Shown here: positions 1-10,400 of the stretch, in pieces | Layout of the letters: each line of letters begins with the position of its first letter | How positions within the stretch are numbered: the first letter of the stretch is position 1 | Source of the DNA: Candidatus Obscuribacteraceae bacterium | GTDB taxonomy: Bacteria > Cyanobacteriota > Vampirovibrionia > Obscuribacterales > Obscuribacteraceae | Direction of reading: 5' to 3' | DNA length: 64,000 nt | Assembly: GCA_044229845.1 (NCBI GenBank) | Contig: JBGASG010000003.1 | Location: forward strand, 320,001 to 384,000 | The notes under the pieces: model-generated | What the model saw: the letters and a program-made list of their open reading frames with translations, nothing else | Database searches by the model: none | Told to the model about the DNA's origin: nothing | Position numbers and translations under genes: made by a program

Positions 1-30
1 TCGCGCAAAATCCTTGAGATAATCAACTGA

Positions 31-3000
31 ATGAATTACGACCAGACTATCGCCTATCTAGAGAGCCTGATGCCCACGGACACCCATCCGGGGTTGGAAA
101 GGATCGAACTGTTTCTTTACGAGCACGGCTCGCCGCAGGACAAGTATGCAGCGATTCATGTAGCCGGAACCAACGGCAAGGGGTCGACTGTTGCTCTTCT
201 GGATTCAGTGCTGCGCGAAGCGGGACTGAGGGTCGGGCGGTTTGTCGGACCGCACCTGCTCAACTGGAACGAGCGCCTGCACGTAGACGGTCGTCCGATC
301 AGCGACGAATCATTTGCGGCGCTGGCGACTGACGTGCGTCAAAAATCGGAAGATTTCGCGCGTCGCAATCCCAGCCATGGTCGCCTGACCTGGTTCGAGT
401 TTCTCACTGCCATGGCATTTTTCTATTTCCAGCGGGAAGCAGTCGATGTGGCTGTCATCGAAACCGGTCTGGGCGGTCGCTGGGATGCGACAAACACAAT
501 CCATCAACCAATCGCCTCCGTGATTACGACGATCGATCTCGATCACACGCACTTACTCGGCACGACCATCGAGCAAATCGCTCAGGAAAAGGCCGGTATC
601 ATCAAAGCCGGTGTGCCCGTAATTACCGCCACCACAGGCAGTGCATTGACTGTTATCGAAACAGTCGCTCAGTTCGTGGGCGCGCCCGTGATCCAAATCG
701 ATGACCCGGAAGCTGTGCCGAGCGAGGTTTACTCGCAGCTCGCCGATGCCATGTATGTAAGCAACCTGCACGGGTTGTATCAGCGACAAAACATGCACAT
801 CGCTTTCGTCACTTTAGTGCAGTGCATCACGCGCGACAAGCTGCCAGGGCGTGTACTGAAAGCGCTGCCGAACGGCTTCGCCAAGGTATTCTGGCCTGGG
901 CGCATGCAATACATCCTCGACCTGGATGCAGTGCTCGATGGCGCACACAACGTCGCCGGTGCCAAAGCTTTACGCGCCACTCTCGACGACATGTATCCGG
1001 ACCGCCCGCGCGTCTTTGTGCTCAGTTTCTTCAAGAACAAAAACGTCGAGGAGTTTCTGCAGGCGCTCTTGCGCCCGGAAGACAAGGCGTTTTCAGCCGA
1101 GGCAAAAACACATCGCGAAGTGTTTTCCGCCTCCAGCATTACCGCCATTGCCTGCTCAAAGTGCTCGGATGCCCGCACGTTCCCCAGCATTCCACAAGCC
1201 TTCAACGCGGCGATTAAAGGATCTGCGGCCGACGAGCTGGTGGTCTGCACCGGCTCCTTTTCTACCGTCAAAGAAGTGATGCTCGCGCTGGGATGGAAGC
1301 ATGTCGAAAGCTGCTTGCAGAATGCGCACACCTACGCAGAAAGGCGAGGCAGCGATGTGCAGCCGGAGCCAGAGGCAGCCGACCCCGCCCCACCAGACAC
1401 GGCTGCGGCGAACGCAGTCAGCACGGGCGAAGTTACCTACAACTTGAAAGGGGTGGTTCGCAACCAGAGCTTGCCCATCGCCAATACGCGAATTCTTCTG
1501 TACGATCACTGGACGACCAGCAAAGGACTGGTCAAACACTTCCTCGCCGAACAAACGACCAACTCGAAAGGCGAGTATTCATTTGACGTGCGTCTGGGTT
1601 CGTATGCCATCGATGTGGTACCAAACCCGGAAACCCGTTTCGCACGACAGTCGATCGAAAACATCAAGATCTTCAACAACTTCGATCAAAACATCACCCT
1701 GAAGACAGGCAGCATCCTCTCCGGCACTGTGCGTACGGCGCTCGGTGACGTGGAGCGCGATGTGGAGATTCTGGTTTTCGGCTTTGAGAAGACCAGCCTG
1801 GAAACAAAAGTCCGCAATGACGAAAACGGTGAGTTCAACATTACCTTGCCCAAAGGCAAGTATCACCTCACCTGCCGGCATGTGGGGTCCAGTACTCTGC
1901 CGTTTGTTTCACCGGTCTTCGAGACCATCGAGATCGACGGCGATACCAAATACGATATCAGCCTGCCTGGCTTCGTTCGTTTGACGGGCGTGGTCAAGGA
2001 TTATCAGGTCCGTCCGGTCTCTGCTGCTATCGCCACCGTGACGCCGACCAACCCTCCGGATGATCTGCATCTGTCCGCCTCGACTTGGATCGCGCAGTGC
2101 ATCACATCCGACATGGGCCAATTCGAGTGCGATGTTATTCCAGGTTCTTACGACATAAAAATCGAAGCCCCGGATCAGGCACATCTAGCTGGTCGCAAAA
2201 TCAGTGGATTGTTGGTCGAACAGGCGCGCACGCGTAACTACGACCTGGAAAAGGGATTCCAGATCTCGGGTTTTGTCAGCTATAAGGGCGAACCGGTTCC
2301 TGATGCTCTGGTTTTCGCCGCCGGCGGCAAACTCGATGCCACCTGCGAAACGGATGAGGAAGGCTTTTTCGTCCTCACCTTGCCGAGCGGGCTGTATGAA
2401 CTGAATGTCTGCCCCCAGCCAGATTCTCTAGCGCGGCTGCCATTTCGCATGCTGGCTCCCTGGTCGACGACAATACCACTGGGCAAAGATACCGAAGCAA
2501 ATGTCGAGCTGGAAGAAGGCATTCCACTCAACGGCAAGGTGGTGGATAAAGCTCAACAGGGACGTCCAGGTGTGCACCTGGCTATCTATAGGGCCAAAGG
2601 CGATGAAAAGGAATTGCCTGAGGGCAGCACCGCCATTGCCTATGCTCTGTCAGGGGAAAGTGGTGCCTACGAATTCCGTGTCAGTCAGGGCAAATACTGG
2701 CTGGTCATCAACGGACAAATGTCGACGGCACGCATGTTTGATGTCTCGGATGACAATGATGCGGAGAGCAACGTACTCTGGGACAGCTCGTGCCTGATCC
2801 ACTTTCAGGTGGTATCGGAATTCGATGAGCCGGTGCCGAAGTGCCAGATTAGCTTCGAGCAATATGGTGCCAAGCACAAGAATGGCGACGCCGATCTTCA
2901 CGACCGCATGGTCAGCCTCACGGATGATGACGGAGTATGCAGACTGGCCCTGCAAGCCGGTATCTACAGTTTTTACTTCGATCCGCCCGAGCATGGTTCG

Positions 3001-3099
3001 TATGAACCGAAGCAAATTCGCCAGCTCTCACTCAACTCGGATGTCTCACGCAAAGTGAAATTGGCGCTCAAGACACAGCCGAAGGGTTCGCGCACTTAG
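31..3099 (+). CDS. folC: Folylpolyglutamate synthase/dihydrofolate synthase fused to six C-terminal carboxypeptidase-regulatory-like (prealbumin-fold) repeats
   Basis: FolC motifs HVAGTNGKGST, ETGLGGRWDATN, IAQEKAGII, WPGR, LDGAHN, TGSF in the first ~430 aa; then six repeats of type xGxVx..P....V....TDxxGxFxxxLxxGxY. Confidence 0.9.
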   Translation: MNYDQTIAYLESLMPTDTHPGLERIELFLYEHGSPQDKYAAIHVAGTNGKGSTVALLDSVLREAGLRVGRFVGPHLLNWNERLHVDGRPISDESFAALATDVRQKSEDFARRNPSHGRLTWFEFLTAMAFFYFQREAVDVAVIETGLGGRWDATNTIHQPIASVITTIDLDHTHLLGTTIEQIAQEKAGIIKAGVPVITATTGSALTVIETVAQFVGAPVIQIDDPEAVPSEVYSQLADAMYVSNLHGLYQRQNMHIAFVTLVQCITRDKLPGRVLKALPNGFAKVFWPGRMQYILDLDAVLDGAHNVAGAKALRATLDDMYPDRPRVFVLSFFKNKNVEEFLQALLRPEDKAFSAEAKTHREVFSASSITAIACSKCSDARTFPSIPQAFNAAIKGSAADELVVCTGSFSTVKEVMLALGWKHVESCLQNAHTYAERRGSDVQPEPEAADPAPPDTAAANAVSTGEVTYNLKGVVRNQSLPIANTRILLYDHWTTSKGLVKHFLAEQTTNSKGEYSFDVRLGSYAIDVVPNPETRFARQSIENIKIFNNFDQNITLKTGSILSGTVRTALGDVERDVEILVFGFEKTSLETKVRNDENGEFNITLPKGKYHLTCRHVGSSTLPFVSPVFETIEIDGDTKYDISLPGFVRLTGVVKDYQVRPVSAAIATVTPTNPPDDLHLSASTWIAQCITSDMGQFECDVIPGSYDIKIEAPDQAHLAGRKISGLLVEQARTRNYDLEKGFQISGFVSYKGEPVPDALVFAAGGKLDATCETDEEGFFVLTLPSGLYELNVCPQPDSLARLPFRMLAPWSTTIPLGKDTEANVELEEGIPLNGKVVDKAQQGRPGVHLAIYRAKGDEKELPEGSTAIAYALSGESGAYEFRVSQGKYWLVINGQMSTARMFDVSDDNDAESNVLWDSSCLIHFQVVSEFDEPVPKCQISFEQYGAKHKNGDADLHDRMVSLTDDDGVCRLALQAGIYSFYFDPPEHGSYEPKQIRQLSLNSDVSRKVKLALKTQPKGSRT

Positions 3100-3245
3100 A
3101 TCAAAGCTCAACAGAACGCGGATCATAAGTTCCGCATTCCCCGGGCAGCAGCACAGCTGGATCGGACTTAGAGCAAGGTTTTGGTTGCCAAAGACTTGCA
3201 CCCCCCCTGTATTTCCGTTGTATATTTTCCGGGCGCATTCGAGAG

Positions 3246-3719
3246 GTGTCCGTAATGCAAAACTGCGGCAGTTATAGATACAAAGATAAATCCGCGATCT
3301 GCAGGCGAAACGTCACACAGCTATCAGCCAAACGAGTGCCCCTCGTTATCTTCATCGCGGTGGTTCTGGTTCATCTCAATTCAATGTTCGCGCTGGCAGC
3401 TATCCGCGATCCGGTATTCAGCATTCCAGACGGAACGGTATTATCCAGCCCGCGGCAGCTGGCAATCTCGGTTCCGTTTGACGGGGAAGTCAGATTCACA
3501 CGCGACGGCACGACGCCCGGACCCGCAAGTACCTTGTATTCCGGGCCACTGTTAATCCGCTGGTCGGAGACTATTCGCGCGGTGGCTATTGTCGGCTCAT
3601 CATCGAGCAATGTTGTCAGCGCCAGCTACACACTAAGTTCCACGAAATTCCCGCCGCCTTCGTCCGGTGGCACCACCCCGCCTGTAATTAACCTCCAGTC
3701 GCCAACGCCGGCTCAGTAA
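3246..3719 (+). CDS. Small exported protein with a chitobiase/beta-hexosaminidase C-terminal (Fn3-associated) domain; start uncertain
   Basis: PVFSIPDGT...VRFTRDGTTPGPASTLYSGPLLI...TIRAVA...SNVVSASY matches the CHB_HEX_C_1/Fn3_assoc pattern; preceded by a hydrophobic signal-like stretch. Confidence 0.75.
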   Translation: MSVMQNCGSYRYKDKSAICRRNVTQLSAKRVPLVIFIAVVLVHLNSMFALAAIRDPVFSIPDGTVLSSPRQLAISVPFDGEVRFTRDGTTPGPASTLYSGPLLIRWSETIRAVAIVGSSSSNVVSASYTLSSTKFPPPSSGGTTPPVINLQSPTPAQ

Positions 3720-3743
3720 CCACGAAGGACCCAGAGAGAAACA

Positions 3744-4484
3744 ATGTCAGAAAGCAAGGCAAATTCTTCGCGTTCATTCATGTTCCGCTTGATCGCGACC
3801 ATTATGGCTCTCTTCCTCAGTTGTGCAAGCAGCTGCCTGCCGGTGTTGGCGATTGAAAGTTCGCAGCGCCCCCCTGCCGCTGCGGAAAAACCTCGAAAGC
3901 CTATCGGGAGTGTAAGTGCGCAAGAGAGAGCAGCTCGCCACACCGCCAAGAAACTGCAACTTTCGCTGCCTGCCTCACCTTCAGATGCAGAGCTGGAGTG
4001 TTGTCATATATTTCCCGAGCCCTTCACACCCCTGGTGGCTCCCGAAGTATCCGGTGAAAATGCATCTCTGTCCCGTGCCTTGACTGCCTTCAACGCACGC
4101 AAGAATGTTGATGACTTGAGCGCTCTCCAGCTCTTCGTAAAAACCTTGCCCACATCTCGCTGGAACGCCAGCCTCGAACTCAATATGGCAATCTTGCGCC
4201 AGGAATCAGGTCGGACGGCAGACGCGCTTTCTCTTTTCAAATCGGCCTGGGACAAATCAAAGAGTCAAACGGGCAAGCCTCAATCACTCATTGCCCAACG
4301 TGCAATCTCCGAACTCTTGTACATACAAGGGACGCTCGGGCGTGTTGAGGATTTGAAAAAAGGACTTGCTGAAGTCGGCAAGCGCCCGATGCAGGGTTCC
4401 GCTCAACAAAGGCTCGCGGCTGTTCGCGACACGTCATGGAGCACGATCCGGGCTCGTCCTTTCGTTGCGGACCATATGCAGTAG
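3744..4484 (+). CDS. Signal-peptide and helical (TPR-like) protein; probably the frameshift-separated N-terminus of the downstream C39-RHS protein
   Basis: Hydrophobic N-terminus ending VLA; overlaps the next ORF by 49 nt in another frame; the next ORF starts only 10 aa before its catalytic Cys. Confidence 0.6.
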   Translation: MSESKANSSRSFMFRLIATIMALFLSCASSCLPVLAIESSQRPPAAAEKPRKPIGSVSAQERAARHTAKKLQLSLPASPSDAELECCHIFPEPFTPLVAPEVSGENASLSRALTAFNARKNVDDLSALQLFVKTLPTSRWNASLELNMAILRQESGRTADALSLFKSAWDKSKSQTGKPQSLIAQRAISELLYIQGTLGRVEDLKKGLAEVGKRPMQGSAQQRLAAVRDTSWSTIRARPFVADHMQ

Positions 4485-7400
4485 CGGCGCTGCTCCGCTT
4501 GAGCGGCAAGCGCCCTAAAGATATGTCTGTGATCAAGAAGGCGTCCTCCACCAGCAAAGGAACATCACTTTTTCAGCTTAAGACCTGGGCTGAGCAGTCC
4601 GGCATGAAGACGCAAGTAGCAAAGCGAACTGCCGGCGCACAAATCGCAGTGCCGTCCGTGATGCATCGAAAACTCGCCCACTTTGGAGCGATAACGGCTT
4701 TTCGTCAGAACCGCTACCGAGTGCAAGATCCGACATTCAGCAAAAGCTCGAATCTCTGGATGACACCTGAAGCTATAGACTCTGAGAGCAGCGGATATTT
4801 TCTTGTCCGTGCAGGCAATTTGCCGTCCGGCTGGCAAAAGGTTTCAGATGCCGAGGCAAAAACCATCTGGGGCAAAGGTTTCATGGAGACAAGATATGAA
4901 GGCAAAACAGAATCTGAGCCTCAAACAGACATGGGCGACCGAGGCGGCGGCGAAGGCAGTTGCAACACAGGCATGCCCACTGTCAACGCGTTCACAATGC
5001 AGGCAGCCCTTGCAATTAATGATGTGCCGCTCTCCTATAATTGCCCGATTTTCGCTTCGCCCATGGAGTTTCGTCTGCATTGGAATCAGAATCAAGAAGA
5101 TGAGCCCTCCATCTTCGGGTTCACAAATCTCGGCGCCAACTGGAGTTTGAATTGGGTTTCCTGGGTTCACGTCGATGGCTCAAACAATGCCCTCGTCCAT
5201 GTTCGCGGTGGTGGCGTCGATCATTATCCGTACACCGGCAGTCCTTCCACCCCATACGATGCCAGTATTCTGTCGCAGGCGCAACTTACGGTGCCCAGCA
5301 CAGGTGTTTACCAGCGCCTGCTTCCGGATGGCTCCATCGAGGTCTTTGATCTAGCCGACGGCACCGGCAACTACATGCTCACCGCTCTGATCGATCCGCA
5401 GGGTAATGAGGCGTCCGTGCAGTACGACAGCAACCTGCGCGTAACCGCGGTTCTTGATCCCAGCTCGAACGCCAGCACCTTCACTTATGTCTCGAACACC
5501 GTCGGCAACAGTGGCTTTTACAAAATAGCCGCGATCACCGATGCGTTCTCGCGCTCTTGTTCATTTTCCTATGACGGCACGAACACATTTCTGACCGGTA
5601 TCACAGATAGTGTCGGCAATGTTTCGTCTTTCCAATACAACACGTCCACTTCTTTCATCGACTCAATGACGACAAACTATGGAACGACGAGCTTTGAGAC
5701 CTCAACGATTACCAGCGGCTATGTCCACCCGGCTCGACAGTTAAAATTCACTTTCCCGGACGGCACCACTTCGGTACTTCAGAATTTGCTCGACCACATG
5801 TACTCCTACTTCTGGGACCGAGAAGCAATGGCGCGCTATCCCAATGATCCGAACAACCGCATTTTCACGCACTGCAAGACCACGCAGTTCATGTCGGAGC
5901 AGAACACTACCAACGAATACCCGGTAATGTATTGGATAAAGCCTGCGCTGAAGGCGCCCGTGTATTTTACTTATCCGGACGCCTTCTTTGAGCAGTTTTA
6001 TGGAACAATCAACAAGCCAACGCAAACGACGCGCGATACGGCTTTGAACAAAACTTGGAATTTCACCGTTGGCGGTACCATCAATGCCGGCAACGTCTTC
6101 TCCCTGAACATATTCAACAGTCTGATTCCAGGTGGTTCTACCGTAGTGCAATACACCGCGCAGGCAGGTGATACCGCGCAGGTAGTTGTGAGCAGTCTGG
6201 CGACAGCCGCCAGCAGCAATGCCGGTCTAATAGATGCCGGCATCTATGCGAGGTCGAGCGGATCGAGAGTGTCCATCGTCCCTACTTGTACTAACCTGGC
6301 AGCAACAGGGATTACGCATAGTGTCTCCGGCTCCGGCTCAACTTTTACCGGCTTCTATGAAGGAAACTCCTGGTTTGTCGGACAACTTGGCGGGACGCTG
6401 ACAAACGGCGATGTCCTGACTGCATTCATCGATGCACCGACCCCGTTTCCGGATGAAGAAGTCACGCACACGGTGCAATCCGGAGACACGCTTGAGAGCA
6501 TCGCTCAAGATATCGCCGTTAAGGTAAATGCCTTGCAATCTGTCCAGTCAAATGATCTCTCAGTCTCCGCGATCGGCTCGAAAATCATAACGCGAAGGCT
6601 CAACAGCGGGACTTATTACCCCAGCTTTTTCTGGAACAGCGGCGCCACAGAGACCATTACCGATGCTGGAAGCGATGCGAACGAAATTAACAGTTATGAG
6701 TGGAATAGCCAGGGCAAGCCTACTCGAACTGTTGCCCCCTATGGCCGCGAATTCTCATACAGCTATGCAAGCAACGGCATCGACCTCGAAGAGATCCGCG
6801 AAACAAAGGACTCCGACAATTTCCTGCTCGGCAAGTGGACTTACAACAGCCAGCACGAACCCCTCACGCAAATTGATGGTTCCGGGCAACAGACGGTCAA
6901 CACGTATAACGTGTTCGGACAGCTCACGTCGACGACGGATGCTCTCAGCAATGTCACAAGCTACCAGTACACGTCGACCGCAACTGCCACTGTCGGCGGT
7001 ACCGTCAACAGCGGCAACCAGGTAAACCTCACAGTCTCCGACCCAGCCTTGCCTGGCGGGTCCGTCACCGTGTCTCATACTGCCGGCAGCGGAGAAACAA
7101 AAGCTCAAGTTGCCGCAGCCCTGGTCACCGCCATCAACAGCAACTCTGACCTGCAAACGCTCGGCGTCACGGCCTCCCGCACTGGAGCTGTTATCACGCT
7201 CAAGTCAACGTCCGTGAATGCAACCTCGTACTCAAGAACAGTGACCGGCACCATCACGCTTGCGCTTTCAAATGTTGCTTATGGCTTCCTGACCAAAATC
7301 ACGGGACCGCTGCAGCAAAATGACATCACCACCCTCTCCTGGAATCCGAACGGGACCCTTGCCTCCTCGACGGACTCCGAAGGCTATTCGCTCGCCTTCC

Positions 7401-10400
7401 AGTACGATGCCATGGACCGGCTCACGCAAACTACACATCCTGACGGCACAAGCGATCAAATCAAGTATCAGGACCTTGATGCCATCTTCTTCATCGACAG
7501 GCTCGGCAGAACAACACAACGCTCGTTCGACGCCATGGACCAGCTCGCTTTTGAAATTGACCCGCTTGGCCGCAAGACGAAATACACCTGGTGCTCCTGC
7601 GGCTCGCCCAGCACTCTCACCGACCCAGCAAACAATGTAACGACGTGGAATCATGACCTGGAAGGGCGCATTATCAAAAAGGTGCTCGCAGATAGCACCA
7701 CAACTTCCTACTTGTGGGAGGACAACACCGGCTGGTTGCGCTCGCGCACCGACGCGCTCGGGCAAGTCACCCGCTACAACAACCTTCTCGACGGCAGCCT
7801 CGGCTCTGTCATGTATCCCAACGCCAACAACCCCACTTCGCCTGTCACCTATTTCCTCGCCCCCAACTTCCGTCGCCTGCAAGCTGCGCACAATGCCTGG
7901 GGACAATATAATTATGCTTACAACGACTACATTACCGACCCGCTTGCGCCACCCATCACAGGTGGTGGCAGAATTTCTCAAATCACCAACTCCGTAATCC
8001 CCAACTCCGCTGTAACCTACTCATATGATGCGCTCGCCAGGATGACCAACCGCTCAATTAACGGCAGCAGCAACTCCATCACCTGGAGCTACGACGCCAT
8101 GAGCCGCGTTACCCAGGAGGTCAACGCGCTCGGCACCTTCGGCTTCACCTATGTCGACGACGTCTCTCCGAATTCGAAAGGCGTCAGTCGCCTGGCAAGC
8201 ATCTCGTACCCTAATGGCCAGCAGACCAAGTTCTCCTGGTTCGATAACACCCGCGACCAACGCTTGCGCGAAATCACAAATCTCGATCCAAGTTCACAGA
8301 CCCTGTCACAGTTTGATTACTCCTACGATTCTGCCGGGCAGATCACTCGCTGGCTCCAGCAGCAAAAGGGCAGCCACCAGAATTTCGCCCTGGATTACGA
8401 CCTGGCTGGACAACTCACTGGCGCCGCCGCCGGACGCGGTAGCACAGCGCCACCATTCGCCAACCAAAACTTCTACAGCTACGATGCCGCCGCCAACCGT
8501 ACCTCCGCTCAACAAAGTCAGGTGCAGAATTTAGTCGTCGCCGGCACTAAAACCACTGGCGACGTGTTGACGGTCACCGTTATCGACAGCGCGCTCTCCG
8601 GTGGGCAGCTGGCAGTCCCCTACACCGTCGCATCCGGAGATACGCTTACCACCATCGCCCGCAAGCTTGCCGCCACCATCACCTCAAAGGCAGCGCTGCA
8701 GACTATAGGCGTTGATGCTGTTGCGAGCGGCACCACCATCACTTTGCGCTCAAAGTCCCCGAATATAACGATCTATACCACCAGCCTCAGCGGTGGTGCC
8801 ACAGAGACAATTACTGCCGGCATCAACTCCGCCACCCATAACATCACCATTGGCGGTACCGCTCACGACGGCGATCAGTTGCAAGTTATTGTCCGCGATC
8901 CAGCTCTCTCCGGCGGGCAAACAACCGTTAACTATACAGTCCCCACCGGAGCATCCCTCAATACCATCGCTTCCGGGCTGGCCAGCGCCATTAACGCGGG
9001 CAGCGGACTGGCGGCGCTTGGCATTACGGCTACCTCGAAGCAGCGCGTGATTACGGTGAAAACCCTCTCGCCCAATGTCACCAACTTCACAGGCTCTGTG
9101 TCGGGTGCTGGTGCCACAGTGACCATGTCCCTCGGCGTCAGCCTTAACGGCTCGGTTACAGCGCTTATTTCCGGAACCGCAACCGGCAACGACATCCTCA
9201 CCATTTCAGTTTTCGATGCAGGGCTCTCCGGCGGGCAGCACGATATCTCCTACACCGTGCTCCCTTCCGACACGCTTGCCACCATCACCAGCGCGTTGGC
9301 AGCAGCCATAAATGCCGACAGTCAACTGCGACTGATCGGTGTCAAAGCGTCAGCCTCTTCGACAAAGTTGACGGTCACTTCCGTCTCAACCAACGACACC
9401 ACGTACCTGCCATCCAAGAGTGCGGGCGCTACCGAAACTATCCTCTGGGGACTGCCCGCCAACGGCACCATCACCGCATCCGTTGCCGGCTCGATCACCG
9501 CAGGTGATGTCGTAACCATCAATGTGTTTGACGCCGGTTTGAGCGGCGGCTCCACATCCGTATCCCACACGGTAGCGGCTGGAGATACGCGCAAAATAAT
9601 CGCCGCCTCTCTCGCTAGCCAGATCAACGGCAATGCCGGTCTTGCCGCTATTGGAGTCACTGCTCTCGCCGTCACGCCGGCCGGCTCAGTCAATGTGGTA
9701 AACATTACTTCTGCATCCTCCAATGCCACCACGTATGCCAAATCTACAAGTCCCGGCGCCACCTTATCGCTAACCTTGAGCAAGAGTGTTGGCGTAACGA
9801 AGGCAACCTTCAACAACGTCAACGAACTCACCTCGCTATCTGCGGGCGGCGCCACCAGGTTTCAAGGCACGACAGATCGTCCAGTGCTGCCGGTCACCAT
9901 CGATGGAAATGCCGCAGAAATGACTACCTCGCAAAGTTTCAATGGCACCGCCGTTCTAGATGTGAACCCGGATAGCGTCCCCGTCAGCGCCACCGCTGGC
10001 GGCGGCAGCGGTACAACCACCAACGATTACAAACTAGACCATGTCGGTGCCACCGCAACGCTAACCTTCGATGCCAACGGCAACATGACGAGCGATGGCA
10101 CTAACTCGTTTTCGTGGGACGCCGAAAACAGGCTAATTCAGATCACGTTTCCTGGCACTGGCAATAACAGCAGCTTTCTGTATGATGCACTTGGCGATCG
10201 CGTGCGAATTATTGAAACAAGAAACAGTTCCGTGTTGACCACGCAACAGTTCATTTTCTGCGGACTCACAGCTTGCGAAGAACGTGATATCAGCGGTAGT
10301 TTAACTAAAGAGTTCTTCTCGTTCGGACAAACCGTGGGTGGAACCACAAGCAAATACTTTTATTGGTTCACACATCGTGGCGACGTCTGCACAGTCACAG

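Noticed and set aside
3196..3226. Sigma-70 promoter TTGCAC...TATATT upstream of the RHS operon
   Set aside because: A 19-nt spacer and no independent support.
6050..9790. Sheath-like repeats as evidence of a prophage or contractile injection system
   Set aside because: They are internal modules of the RHS ORF; no tube, baseplate or capsid genes are present.
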